DNA of 63,045 nucleotides from NCBI GenBank assembly GCA_017445985.1, contig JAFSRS010000008.1:1-63045 (forward strand). The letters run 5' to 3'. Shown piece after piece: positions 44,688-54,254 of the stretch (position 1 is its first letter; each line of letters opens with the position of its first letter). Under the pieces are notes generated by a model. The model saw only the letters and a program-made list of their open reading frames with translations. It had not been told where the DNA came from and did no database searches. A program made the translations under genes and the position numbers. Origin of the DNA: Oscillospiraceae bacterium (lineage in GTDB: Bacteria > Bacillota > Clostridia > Oscillospirales > Oscillospiraceae).

Positions 44688-45739
44688 CCGATCTGAGAAG
44701 CCTGCTGCCGGAGGAGCTGGAAACGTTGCTCCGGGACATGGGCGAGCCGTCCTACCGCGCGAAGCAGCTCTTTTCCTGGCTGACGAAGGGCGCGGCGAGC
44801 TTCGATGAGCTGAAGAACCTGCCCAAGTCCCTTCGTGAAAAGCTGGCGGAGCAGACGACGATCTCAGCGCTGAAATGCCTCCGCAAGCAGACCAGCGCCG
44901 CGGACGGCACCGTGAAATATCTCTGGGAGCTGCCGGACGGCAACGCCGTGGAGACCGTCGTGATGCGCTACGAGCACGGCGCGACGGTCTGCATCTCCTC
45001 CCAGGTGGGCTGCCGGATGGGCTGCGCCTTCTGCGCCAGCGCGATCGGCGGGCTTGTGCGGAACCTGACGGCGGGGGAGATGCTGGGAGAGGTCCTGTTT
45101 TCCCAGCTCGATTACGGAGAGAAGATCAGCAACGTCGTGCTGATGGGCATCGGAGAGCCCCTGGACAATTACGACGAGGTGCTGCGCTTCCTCCGCCTGG
45201 TGAACTGCCCGGAGGGATTAAATATCGGGATGCGGCATATCTCCCTGTCCACCTGCGGCCTGACGGAGCGGATCGCGGACCTCGCGAAGGAGGATCTTCA
45301 GCTCACGCTGGCGATCTCCCTCCACGCGCCGGACGACGAGACCCGCAGCCGCCTGATGCCCGCGAACCGGGGCCGGGGCGTCGCGCAGGTGCTGCAAAGC
45401 TGTCAGGATTATTTCGCCGCCACCGGACGGCGGATCACCTTTGAATACGCGATGATCGACGGGGTCAACGACAGCCCGGAGCAGGCCCGGCAGCTGGCTC
45501 GGCTGGCCCGACAGGCGAAGGCCCACGTCAATTTGATCCCGCTCAACCACGTTGCCGAGCGCGCCTTTCAGCCCTCGCGCCCGGAGCGGATGCGGGAGTT
45601 TTGTCAGATATTGGAACGCGAGGGCGCCAATTACACGATCCGCCGCTCCCTGGGCGGCGACGTGGACGCGTCCTGCGGTCAGCTCCGGCGCAAGCGGGAG
45701 CTGGCGAGAGCCGGAGAGGAGGCTGATGCTGCTTGCTGA
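44684..45739 (+). CDS. rlmN: 23S rRNA (adenine2503-C2)-methyltransferase, radical SAM
   Basis: YRAKQLFSW N-terminal motif. Radical SAM cluster GCRMGCAFC. GIGEPL. ATGA overlap with the rsmB stop. Confidence 0.95.
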   Translation: MTDLRSLLPEELETLLRDMGEPSYRAKQLFSWLTKGAASFDELKNLPKSLREKLAEQTTISALKCLRKQTSAADGTVKYLWELPDGNAVETVVMRYEHGATVCISSQVGCRMGCAFCASAIGGLVRNLTAGEMLGEVLFSQLDYGEKISNVVLMGIGEPLDNYDEVLRFLRLVNCPEGLNIGMRHISLSTCGLTERIADLAKEDLQLTLAISLHAPDDETRSRLMPANRGRGVAQVLQSCQDYFAATGRRITFEYAMIDGVNDSPEQARQLARLARQAKAHVNLIPLNHVAERAFQPSRPERMREFCQILEREGANYTIRRSLGGDVDASCGQLRRKRELARAGEEADAAC

Positions 45740-46491
45740 AAGCATTTGGAATCACAGATCAGGGGAAGGTCCGCAGCGAGAACCAGGACGCCTTTCGCCT
45801 GCAGGTGGGACCGGCGGACACGCTACTGACCGCCGTGCTCTGCGACGGTATGGGCGGCGCGCGGGCCGGGAAGCTCGCCAGCGGCATGGCGGCGGACGCC
45901 TTCATGTCCCACGCGGCAAATTCCCTTGACGAGCGGTCGAGCGCCGCTGACATGAAGGCGATCCTGGCGGAGGCTGTCAGCTTTGCCAACGCCCAGGTTT
46001 ACGAGCACGCCTTCCAGGAGCTGAGCTGCCTGGGGATGGGGACCACGATGGTGGGCCTGCTGATCGCCGGAAAACGAGCCGTTTTAGCCAACGTAGGGGA
46101 CAGCCGCGCCTATCTGCTCTCGCGCGGCAAGCTGCGCCAGGTCACGACGGATCACTCTCTGGTGCAGGAGATGGTGGAACGCGGCCAGATCACGCCCGAG
46201 GAGGCGCGCACGCATCCCCGGCGCAACGTCATCACCCGCGCCGTCGGGACCGAGGCTTCAGTCAAGGCGGATCTGGTGGAGCTGCGCTTCACGCCAAGCT
46301 GCCGCCTGCTGCTCTGCTCCGACGGCCTGAGCAACTGCGTTCCCGACGCGGAGCTGCAGCGCGTGCTCCGGGAGGTCCCGGAGCCGGAGGAGGCCTGCCG
46401 GACACTGCTGACGATGGCGCTGGACGCCGGCGCGCGGGACAACGTGACCGTGCTGATCGCCCAGCCCGGATCGGAGGCGAAGCATGGATAA
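45733..46491 (+). CDS. PP2C-family Ser/Thr phosphatase (Stp/PrpC)
   Basis: TDQGKVRSENQDAF, DGMGG, NVGDSRAY, CSDGL, DNVTV motifs. Confidence 0.93.
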   Translation: MLKAFGITDQGKVRSENQDAFRLQVGPADTLLTAVLCDGMGGARAGKLASGMAADAFMSHAANSLDERSSAADMKAILAEAVSFANAQVYEHAFQELSCLGMGTTMVGLLIAGKRAVLANVGDSRAYLLSRGKLRQVTTDHSLVQEMVERGQITPEEARTHPRRNVITRAVGTEASVKADLVELRFTPSCRLLLCSDGLSNCVPDAELQRVLREVPEPEEACRTLLTMALDAGARDNVTVLIAQPGSEAKHG

Positions 46492-48211
46492 TCAAAATAC
46501 CGATCGCTGGCTCGGCGTCCTGCTGGACGGGCGCTACGAGCCTCTGGAGGTCATTGGCCGGGGAGGCATGGCGACGGTCTACAAGGGCTTCGACCACCTG
46601 CTGAACCGCAACGTCGCGATCAAGTTCCTGCGCCCCGACATGGCGGCTGACGGAGATTTCCGCGTTCATTTCAAAAAGGAAGGCCAGGCTGTCGCGAAGC
46701 TGAGTCACGCGAACATCGTCTCCGTCTACGACGTGAGCCGCACGCCCAACGTGGACTACATCGTGATGGAGCTGATCGAAGGCGTCACGCTCAAGCAATT
46801 TATGAAGGACAAGGGGCGCCTGAGCTGCCGCGAGTGCGCCCAGTTCGCCCTGCAGATCGCGAAGGCCCTGTCCCACGCCCATTCCAAGGGTATCATCCAC
46901 CGCGACATCAAGCCGCAGAACATCATGGTCGAGCCGGACGGCGGGGTCAAGGTCGCCGATTTCGGCATCGCATATCTGGAATCGGCGCTGGAGGAGAGCA
47001 GCGACGTGGGCCTCGGCAGCGTCCACTACATCTCCCCGGAGCAGGCCCGCGGCCTGCCCGCCGACGCGCGCTCGGATATCTATTCCCTCGGCGTCGTGCT
47101 CTATGAGATGCTCTCCGGCCAGCTGCCCTACAACGGCGACACGCCGGACGAGATCGCCCGCCAGCACGTCAGCTCCGTCCCAACGCCCCTGCACGAGCTG
47201 AGCCCGGACGTGCCGGAGGAGCTGGAGGCCGTCGTGAGACGGGCGATGGAGCCGGATATCACCAAACGCTATCAGAGCGCGGACGAGATGATCCGCGAGC
47301 TGGAATCCTATCTGAACGGCGCGAGCGAGCCGCCCGGGATCAACGGGGAAGTGCCCGACCTGCTCCCGGAGGACGTGGAACCGCTGAGCCGCAGCGGGGA
47401 GCTGCCGAAGGAGAAGTATCTCCGCCGCCACCGCCGCAGCGTCAAGGTCAGCCTGCTGGTGGGCGTGCTCCTCAGCCTGCTCTTCGCGGGCGCGCTGTTT
47501 TACTTCCTGTGGAGCTACTGGCTGCGCGACATTTTCAGCGATCCGGTCAAGATCAGCATCCCGAATTTCGTCGGCAAAAACGTACAGGACCTCATCAACA
47601 ACCGCGATTTGACGAAGATCTATAACTTCGACGTGGTGTACGACGTCAGCCCGGACGTGGAGACGGATATCGTCATCCGCCAGGACCCGGCGGGCGGCAA
47701 GAGCCGGACCCGCGACAGCCACGGCATCGACGTGACGCTGACGGTGAGCGCGGGCGCGCGGATGATCGTCGTGCCGGACGTGGTGAACCAGCTTTACACC
47801 GACGCGGTGACGACGCTGCAAAAGGGCGGCTTCCACACCGACGTGCGCTATGACGTGTCCGACACGGTGACCCCGGATTACGTGATCTCCACCAGTCCGG
47901 AAGCTGGGGACAAGATCCCCGCGGGCGCGACGGTCTACGTCACGGTCTCGTCGGGGCCGAACGTGGTCAGCGTGCCGATGCCGAACCTGATCGGCCTGAC
48001 CCGCGACGCGGCGCGGGAGCGCATCGAGAGCGCGAACCTCTCCCTGGGCAACGTCACCTACGTGGAGGACAACAGCCCCGCAGGCTACGTGATCTGGCAG
48101 AGCATCGACCCGAACACGGCGGTGGAGGAGCACAGCAAGGTCTATCTCCAGGTCTCTCTGGGACCCAAGACCACGCCGACGCCCGCCCCGACGCCGACGC
48201 CGGAGGGCTGA
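46484..48211 (+). CDS. prkC: Ser/Thr protein kinase with PASTA repeats (PrkC-like)
   Basis: Hanks kinase motifs ([24 protein letters not shown]). TM helix. Three PASTA repeats. Thr/Pro tail. Confidence 0.95.
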   Translation: MDNQNTDRWLGVLLDGRYEPLEVIGRGGMATVYKGFDHLLNRNVAIKFLRPDMAADGDFRVHFKKEGQAVAKLSHANIVSVYDVSRTPNVDYIVMELIEGVTLKQFMKDKGRLSCRECAQFALQIAKALSHAHSKGIIHRDIKPQNIMVEPDGGVKVADFGIAYLESALEESSDVGLGSVHYISPEQARGLPADARSDIYSLGVVLYEMLSGQLPYNGDTPDEIARQHVSSVPTPLHELSPDVPEELEAVVRRAMEPDITKRYQSADEMIRELESYLNGASEPPGINGEVPDLLPEDVEPLSRSGELPKEKYLRRHRRSVKVSLLVGVLLSLLFAGALFYFLWSYWLRDIFSDPVKISIPNFVGKNVQDLINNRDLTKIYNFDVVYDVSPDVETDIVIRQDPAGGKSRTRDSHGIDVTLTVSAGARMIVVPDVVNQLYTDAVTTLQKGGFHTDVRYDVSDTVTPDYVISTSPEAGDKIPAGATVYVTVSSGPNVVSVPMPNLIGLTRDAARERIESANLSLGNVTYVEDNSPAGYVIWQSIDPNTAVEEHSKVYLQVSLGPKTTPTPAPTPTPEG

Positions 48212-48217
48212 GCGCCG

Positions 48218-49102
48218 ATGCCAGAAGGCAGAATCATCAGAGCCCTCAGCGGCTTTTACGAGGTGCGGACGGAGACCGGAACGGTCTCCTGCCGCGCCAG
48301 AGGCAAATTCCGGCTGGACGGCCGGACGCCGCTGGTCGGGGACCTGGTCGAGGTCCAGCCGACGGAAGCGGGCAAAGGCGTGCTGCGCGCGCTGCTTCCG
48401 CGGAAAAACTGCTTCGTGCGTCCCGCCGTCGCCAACGTGGACGCGCTGGTGCTGCTGGCGGCGAACGTGAACCCGGTCACGGACCCTTTCCTGGTGGACC
48501 GTGTCGCGGTGATTGCCGAGCACGTCGGCTGCGGCGTGATCGTCTGCGTCAACAAGTGCGACCTGGACCGGGGAGACGCGCTGGCCGCGGCTTTTTCCCG
48601 AAACACCGGGTACCCCGTTCTGCGCACCAGCGCAGAGACGGGGGAGGGCGTGGAGGAGCTGCGGGCGCTGATCCGCGGAAAGACCGTCGCCTTTACCGGC
48701 AATTCCGGCGTGGGCAAGAGCAGCCTGCTGAACCGTCTCGCGCCGGAGCTGGACCTGGCCGTGGGCGAGGTCAGCGAGCGCCTGGGGCGCGGACGGCACA
48801 CCACGCGACACATCGAGCTGTTCGACGTCGGGGACGAGACCTACATCGCGGACACGCCGGGCTTTTCCTCCTTCGACCTGACGCAGATGCGCCCGATCCG
48901 AAAAAACGAGCTGCAAGCCTGCTTCCCGGAGTTCCGGCCCTACCTGGGCGAGTGCCGTTTCGACGATTGTACCCATCGAAAGGAGCCAGGCTGCGCGGTC
49001 CTGGACGCGCTCGGGCGCGGCGAGATCGCCCCGAGCCGCCACGAGAGCTATTTGAAGCTGTATGAGATATCCGCTTCGTATAAGGAGTGGGAGCTGGAAT
49101 AA
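48218..49102 (+). CDS. rsgA: ribosome small-subunit-dependent GTPase A
   Basis: OB-fold N-terminus (G.FYEV), NKCDL, GNSGVGKSSL, C-terminal zinc motif CRFDDCTHRKEPGC. Confidence 0.95.
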   Translation: MPEGRIIRALSGFYEVRTETGTVSCRARGKFRLDGRTPLVGDLVEVQPTEAGKGVLRALLPRKNCFVRPAVANVDALVLLAANVNPVTDPFLVDRVAVIAEHVGCGVIVCVNKCDLDRGDALAAAFSRNTGYPVLRTSAETGEGVEELRALIRGKTVAFTGNSGVGKSSLLNRLAPELDLAVGEVSERLGRGRHTTRHIELFDVGDETYIADTPGFSSFDLTQMRPIRKNELQACFPEFRPYLGECRFDDCTHRKEPGCAVLDALGRGEIAPSRHESYLKLYEISASYKEWELE

Positions 49103-49107
49103 CAGGC

Positions 49108-49164
49108 ATTCACCGCCTTATTTCAACATATCATGGAACGATATGTTGAAATAAGGCGGTGAAT
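49108..49164. repeat. 25-bp perfect inverted repeat hairpin, AT-rich, 7-nt loop
   Basis: ATTCACCGCCTTATTTCAACATATC-ATGGAAC-GATATGTTGAAATAAGGCGGTGAAT. No T-run follows. The right arm contains AAGGCGG about 10 nt before ATG 49170. Confidence 0.85.
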
Positions 49165-49169
49165 CCTAT

Positions 49170-49328
49170 ATGCGGAGACGAAATCCGATCCGGGCCCTGG
49201 TCGGGGGACTGATGCTGGCGGCGGGGCTGCTGATCCTCTTTGCCCGCGTGCTCCCGCCGGGCTTCTGGTGGTTCTGCGTCGGAGCAAGCCTGACGGCGGG
49301 CGGGCTGTGTTTGCTGACACGACGGTAA
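49170..49328 (+). CDS. possible 52-aa two-TM small membrane protein (not in the supplied ORF track)
   Basis: MRRRNPIRALVGGLMLAAGLLILFARVLPPGFWWFCVGASLTAGGLCLLTRR. Basic ends, two hydrophobic spans, GC3-rich codons like the neighbouring genes. No homologue recognised. Confidence 0.4.
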   Translation: MRRRNPIRALVGGLMLAAGLLILFARVLPPGFWWFCVGASLTAGGLCLLTRR

Positions 49329-49384
49329 TACAGAAAGCGGCTTTCGCATAAGCTGTACCACCATACGTATTTGGAGGTTTCGCT

Positions 49385-50896
49385 ATGCTTGTCAGCTTGC
49401 CGATGGAGACCGTAAACTGTCAGATCTGCTGTTATTCCGCGTCGACGCGGCGGGAGGAGTCCCGCGACGTGGTGGTGCCGGATACGATGCCCGACGTCGG
49501 GACCGTGCTCAGCACCACGGGAACGGCGGTGATCCGGGGAAAGGACGTGTCCGCGGGACGGGTCCGTATCGAGGCGGCGGTCCCCGTGCGCGTCGCGTAT
49601 CTGCCGGAAGAGGGCGGACAGCCCTGCTGCCTGGAGACGGAGCTTTCCTTCTATTGCAGCCTGGAGGACCCGTCGATCCCGGAGGACAGCGTCTGCGTCT
49701 CCCGCCTCCGGCTGCTGCGGCTGCAATCGCGGCTTCTGAATCCCCGGAAGCTCGCGGTGGAAGGGGAATTGCTGGTCGAGGCGGCCTGCTATGAGCCGGG
49801 GGAGCTGTCTATGCCCGGCGCGCCGGAGGACGGCGAGGCCGGCGTGCACGCGAAGCTGGAGCCGGTGCGGCTTGCCGTAAGCTGCGCGGTGACGGAGAAA
49901 ACCTTCGCCGTGCTGGACGAATTCGAGCTGCCAGAGGGAGAGGCGCCCGCCGCGCTGCTGCTGGCGGAGAGTGTTGCGCTGAAGTGCGAGGAGCTGCGGA
50001 CGGTGGGGACGAAGCTGATCGTGCGCGGCAGCGCGGAGACCCGGCTGCTCTACCGCCGGGAGGACGGCAGCGTCGGCGGCACGAGCATTACTACGAGCTT
50101 TTCCCAGGTCGTCGAACCGGAAACGCTCCCGGAGGGCGCGGAGGTGGACGCAAGTCTGCTGCTCAGCGGTGTGTTCGTGACGCTGAGCGAGGGGGACGGC
50201 GTCAGCGGTTCGTTGGAGCTGCACCTCTCCGCGCAGGTCCGCGTGACGGAGCAGAGGACGCTGCGCTGCCTGACCGACGCCTACAGCAACCGTTACGCGC
50301 TGAGCCCGACCACGGAGGAAAAGACCGTTTGCGCGTCGGAACGCCCCGTCACGCTGCGCACGACCGTCCACGAGCGTTTGAACGCCGCGCAGGAGGTTTC
50401 GGAAGCGCTTCAGGCCTGGGTCGGCGTCGGCGCGGCGACAGCGGAGCCGGAGGGTCTGCGCGTGCCGGTCAGCGTTTCCTGGTACTATTTGACGCCGGAC
50501 GGGAGCCTCTGCGCGGACCGCGCCACGGTGGAGGCCCGCTTTGAAGAAGCGCTGGAGCCGGGGCAGCGGCTGGAGCTGCGGAGCGTGGCGCCCACCGAGC
50601 TGAGCCTTCGGCCCGTCGAGGGCGGCGTCGAGCTGCACCTGATGCTGGAGGCCGCCGCGTTGCTGATATCGGAACAGACGATCCGGGTCCTGACGGCGCT
50701 GGAATACGACGAGTCAGCCCCGCGGGACCCGGGAGAACAACCCGCCCTGGTCCTGCTCCGCGCCGACAGCGGCGACGATCTCTGGGCGCTGGCGCGGGAG
50801 AACTGCTCCACCGTGGAGGCAATCCGCGAGGCGAACGGCCTGGACGCGGCGGCGGGGGAGTGGAGCCGCCTGATCCTGATCCCCAGAGTGTGCTGA
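49385..50896 (+). CDS. DUF3794 (SipL/SpoVID-type) protein with C-terminal LysM, probable spore-coat morphogenetic protein
   Basis: About 500 aa, beta-rich repeats of VP..V.......E pattern. C-terminal LysM (DDLWALARENCSTVEAIREANGL....W.RLILIP). GGAGG RBS. The size and architecture resemble Clostridioides difficile SipL. Confidence 0.6.
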   Translation: MLVSLPMETVNCQICCYSASTRREESRDVVVPDTMPDVGTVLSTTGTAVIRGKDVSAGRVRIEAAVPVRVAYLPEEGGQPCCLETELSFYCSLEDPSIPEDSVCVSRLRLLRLQSRLLNPRKLAVEGELLVEAACYEPGELSMPGAPEDGEAGVHAKLEPVRLAVSCAVTEKTFAVLDEFELPEGEAPAALLLAESVALKCEELRTVGTKLIVRGSAETRLLYRREDGSVGGTSITTSFSQVVEPETLPEGAEVDASLLLSGVFVTLSEGDGVSGSLELHLSAQVRVTEQRTLRCLTDAYSNRYALSPTTEEKTVCASERPVTLRTTVHERLNAAQEVSEALQAWVGVGAATAEPEGLRVPVSVSWYYLTPDGSLCADRATVEARFEEALEPGQRLELRSVAPTELSLRPVEGGVELHLMLEAAALLISEQTIRVLTALEYDESAPRDPGEQPALVLLRADSGDDLWALARENCSTVEAIREANGLDAAAGEWSRLILIPRVC

Positions 50897-50911
50897 ACCG
50901 TGATTTTTCTA

Positions 50912-50940
50912 TTGCCAAGCGGCCCCAACTGTGCTAAAAT
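50912..50940 (+). promoter_or_regulatory. sigma-A-type promoter candidate for yebC
   Basis: TTGCCA (50912-50917), 17-nt spacer, TAAAAT (50935-50940). Confidence 0.5.
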
Positions 50941-51007
50941 AACATGAATTCTTTCCGCGCCGGTCAAACGGCGCGGTCCATACTGAGATATAAGGGGCTG
51001 AATTAGC

Positions 51008-51754
51008 ATGTCAGGACATTCCAAGTGGCACAATATACAGAAAACCAAGGGCGCGGCGGACGCGAAGCGCGCCCAGGCCTTCACCAAGATCGCGCGTGAA
51101 ATGATCGTCGCGGTCAAGGAGGGCGGCAGCGGCGACCCGAACAACAACTCCCGCCTCGCCACCGTCATCGCGAAGGCCAAGGCCGCGAACATGCCGAACG
51201 ACAACATCAAGCGCACGATCGAAAAGGCGCTGGGCGCGGGCAGCACCGACAACTATGAGCGCGTCACCTACGAGGGCTACGGCCCCAGCGGCGTCGCCCT
51301 GATCGTCGAGGCCATGACCGACAACCGCAACCGCACCGCCAGCGAGGTGCGTCACTATTTCGACAAGTACGGGGGAAACCTCGGCGCGGCGGGCTGCGTG
51401 AGCTGGTCCTTCGACCGCAAGGGCGTGATCGTCATCGACAATGAGGACGAGGAGCTGGACGAGGATACGGTCATGATGGACGCCCTCGAGGCCGGAGCGG
51501 ACGATTTCGAGGCCGAGGAAGACGGTCTGGCCTTCACGGTCTACACCGCCACCGACGCGGTCGCCGCCGTCGCCGCGGCCCTGGAGGGCAAGGGCTATCA
51601 CCTCGTCAGCGCCCAGGAGGAAATGCTCCCTCAGCAGGGCTACATCAAGCTGACCAACGAGGACGATATCAAGAACATGCAGAAGATGCTGGACATGTTC
51701 GAGGACAACGAGGACGTGCAGAACGTCTGGCACAACTGGGAAGACGCGGAATAA
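51008..51754 (+). CDS. YebC/PmpR family DNA-binding transcriptional regulator
   Basis: MSGHSKWHNIQ start motif, typical YebC core. Confidence 0.95.
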   Translation: MSGHSKWHNIQKTKGAADAKRAQAFTKIAREMIVAVKEGGSGDPNNNSRLATVIAKAKAANMPNDNIKRTIEKALGAGSTDNYERVTYEGYGPSGVALIVEAMTDNRNRTASEVRHYFDKYGGNLGAAGCVSWSFDRKGVIVIDNEDEELDEDTVMMDALEAGADDFEAEEDGLAFTVYTATDAVAAVAAALEGKGYHLVSAQEEMLPQQGYIKLTNEDDIKNMQKMLDMFEDNEDVQNVWHNWEDAE

Positions 51755-51777
51755 GCTTCGAAGGATCCGAAATAGAG

Positions 51778-51830
51778 AACAGGCGCTTTACCTGATCGAG
51801 CATCGGGCAAGCGCCTGTTATTCTTTTTGG
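51778..51830. terminator. probable terminator between convergent yebC and the PBP5-like gene
   Basis: AACAGGCGCTT ... AAGCGCCTGTT, an 11-bp stem with a 20-nt loop, then ATTCTTTTT. Confidence 0.55.
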
Positions 51831-51843
51831 TGCTCTGATCCAA

Positions 51844-53730
51844 TCAGCTCTTTTTCCGAAAGAACTCTTCAAAATAATCCCGCTCCGCTTTGGAATGGAA
51901 AAGCTCGAAGGGATCCTCCGGCTGGGGCTCCGGCGCGGCGGGGCCGGGCGCCGCGTCCTCCGGGAAAAGATCCTCAAAGGTCGGGATCTGTTTCGGCGTG
52001 GAGATCTCTTCCGCCGCCGTTATCTCCTTCGCATCAACCGCTCCGGGTTCGGTTTCGGGCAATTCGATCTCCGGGAACAGCTCCCGGGAGAGCTCCAGCG
52101 CGGAATGCTCCGGAAGCTTGATCTCAGGGGGCTCCGGGATCGCCGCCTCCTGCGACTCGACTGGGGCCGCGGCGGGCGTCGCGACAGGCGGAGCGGGAGG
52201 AGCCGGATGACCGTCAGTGGAAGGCCCGGCAGTCTCGGCTGCGGCAGGCGCGGCGTCGGGCAGCTCGATCGCGGCGAGCTCCTCTTCCGTGATCTCCGGT
52301 CCGTGTCCATCTTCAAAGTATTCGATCTTCGGGGGCGGCGCGGCGTTGCGGCGGGCCGATCTCGGAGGCGGCGCGGTCTTTGCGCGTTTTCTGGAGCGCA
52401 GATAGCGGATACGCCGGATGCGGTAATAGATCACCCAGGCTAGATAAAGCACGAGGATGACCGCGAGGATGGATACGATCAGGCGGAACTGCCGCGTGTG
52501 GATCGTCTCCTGGATGTGGCTGGTGATGTAGCTGGAGCGGCTGAGGTCCACGTTAGCCGCCGCGACGAGCTTGACCGTGCCGTAGTTCACGCCGTCGCGC
52601 ATGACGCTGACCTCGCCCAGGACCTCGCCCGCGGTGACGGGCGCGGTCACGATCTTACCCTGCTCCAGCGAATACACCGACATATCGAGCGTAAAGATGT
52701 TCTTGTCGTAGTTGTTCGGGAGCAGCAGGGTCACGGCGGTGGCGGGGCGAAGGTTTACATAATCTGTATCCATCCCGAGGTTCACGTCCACCGAAGCGAT
52801 GTTCTTGTTCGGGCTCAGGACCTCCTGATAGCTGTAATTCGCAAAGACCCAGTCGAAGAGCTCGATGGCGTCCCCGAAGCTGGAGCAGCGGTTTTCCTCC
52901 CGGATGCCGCCGTAGATCGCGGCGATCAGCTCGATCCCGCTTTCCTCGTCGGTGGCGGTGGTGAGCAGGCAGTAGCCCGCCTCGGCGTTGTAACCGGCCT
53001 TCAAACCGCTGGCGCGGTTGTAGAAATAGCTGGAACCAAAGGTCCCGTCGCGGGTGATCAGGGCGTTACCGTTTTTCAGCGTCCGCGCGGCGGAAAGGTT
53101 CGTCTCGGGGATCTCCGCGCCGGTGGTGGAGCAGATCCGGGTCAGCAGGTCGTGACGGGTCGCCTCCTGGGCGAGCTTGGCCATATCCTCCGCCGTCGTG
53201 TAGTTGTCCTCGCTGTAGAGACCGCTGGGATTGCTGAAATGCGTGTTGGTACAGCCGATCCGCTCCGCGCGCTCGTTCATCTGGGCGACGAAAGCCGTCT
53301 GGGAGCCGGACAGGAACTCCGCGATCGCGTTGGCCGCGTCGTCGGCTGAGCCTACGATGGAACAGTAGAGCAGGTTTTCCAGGGAAATGGTCTCACCCGC
53401 GCTGAGCATCCGTTGACCGTCCCCGTTCGGGAAATAAACCGCGTTTTCGGAGACTGTGACCTCCGCGCGCAGGGAGGAATCCCCCTGTTCGATCGCTTCC
53501 ACGGCGATCAGGGCGGTCAGCAGCTTGGCGGTGTCGGCGGGGAAGACTCGCGCGTCCGGGTGCCGGGAGTAGAGCATCTCACCGGTTTTCCGGTCCAGAA
53601 TGACCGCGGCATAGCTTTCCGGCGACGGAAGCGGACTGTCGCCCACGCTGGCCAGAGCCGCGAAGGGCGTCAGCAGGCCCAAAATAAGCGCCAGCGCGAA
53701 AAAGATTGGAAGAAACTTTTTATTTTTCAT
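51844..53730 (-). CDS. PBP5/S11 D,D-carboxypeptidase homologue with substituted active-site motifs, C-terminal TM helix and about 215-aa acidic/Pro-rich cytoplasmic tail
   Basis: Signal peptide MKNKKFLPIFFALALILGLL. Aligns to the DacB-like gene in this window, but SxxK reads ADTAK, SxN reads GSADD and KTG reads LKAGY. TM FRLIVSILAVILVLYLAWVIYY. GGAG RBS before ATG 53730. Confidence 0.8.
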   Translation of the reverse strand: MKNKKFLPIFFALALILGLLTPFAALASVGDSPLPSPESYAAVILDRKTGEMLYSRHPDARVFPADTAKLLTALIAVEAIEQGDSSLRAEVTVSENAVYFPNGDGQRMLSAGETISLENLLYCSIVGSADDAANAIAEFLSGSQTAFVAQMNERAERIGCTNTHFSNPSGLYSEDNYTTAEDMAKLAQEATRHDLLTRICSTTGAEIPETNLSAARTLKNGNALITRDGTFGSSYFYNRASGLKAGYNAEAGYCLLTTATDEESGIELIAAIYGGIREENRCSSFGDAIELFDWVFANYSYQEVLSPNKNIASVDVNLGMDTDYVNLRPATAVTLLLPNNYDKNIFTLDMSVYSLEQGKIVTAPVTAGEVLGEVSVMRDGVNYGTVKLVAAANVDLSRSSYITSHIQETIHTRQFRLIVSILAVILVLYLAWVIYYRIRRIRYLRSRKRAKTAPPPRSARRNAAPPPKIEYFEDGHGPEITEEELAAIELPDAAPAAAETAGPSTDGHPAPPAPPVATPAAAPVESQEAAIPEPPEIKLPEHSALELSRELFPEIELPETEPGAVDAKEITAAEEISTPKQIPTFEDLFPEDAAPGPAAPEPQPEDPFELFHSKAERDYFEEFFRKKS

Positions 53731-53837
53731 AGCAATCTCCAGAAAGTATGGTATAATCAATAGCAATATTATAGTGGATTTGCATCAGAAAAGCAACTGA
53801 ATCTTTTGGAAGCGCGGGAAGGACCGGGTCGGACGGT

Positions 53838-54254
53838 ATGGGCAAGCAAGCGAAAAAGAGCGGCGCTCTGCGGCCGGCGGAGCGATGGGCGATCGGCGTC
53901 ACGGCGATCGTGCTGGCGCTGACGCTCGGCTTTCATCTGGGTACGGCGGGGCGCGTGCCGGAGCTGCGTGTCGAGACGGAGACGCCAACGGCGACAGCCG
54001 CACTGGAACCCAGCGCGGGCGCGGCGGCGGAGACGACCGGGACGGATGACAGGGTCGATCTGAACCGGGCGACGGCGGAGGAGCTGCAAGCCCTCCGCGG
54101 GATCGGTCCGGCTCTGGCGGAGCGGATCGTCGCGTACCGCGAGGAACACGGGCCCTTTGCGAAGGTGGAGGAGCTGACGCTCGTCAACGGGATCAGTCCG
54201 GCTTTGCTGGAGAAGAACGCGGAAAGACTGTATATCGGGGAGGCGGAGCCATGA
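53838..54254 (+). CDS. comEA: ComEA family helix-hairpin-helix DNA-binding protein
   Basis: N-terminal TM anchor. VDLNRATAEELQALRGIGPALAERIVAYREEHGPF is the ComEA HhH signature. Confidence 0.9.
   Translation: MGKQAKKSGALRPAERWAIGVTAIVLALTLGFHLGTAGRVPELRVETETPTATAALEPSAGAAAETTGTDDRVDLNRATAEELQALRGIGPALAERIVAYREEHGPFAKVEELTLVNGISPALLEKNAERLYIGEAEP

Noticed and set aside
46289-49042. 917-aa ORF on the - strand opposite stp, prkC and rsgA
   Set aside because: Its composition is dominated by Arg/Ala/Gly/His/Asp/Gln/Val, as expected from reading a high-GC coding region backwards. The + strand carries three genes with unambiguous kinase, phosphatase and GTPase motifs. There is no RBS and no recognisable domain.
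49166-50638. 490-aa - strand ORF opposite the SipL-like gene
   Set aside because: Arg/Ala/Gln-rich antisense frame. The + strand ORF has an RBS, a LysM domain and a coherent architecture.
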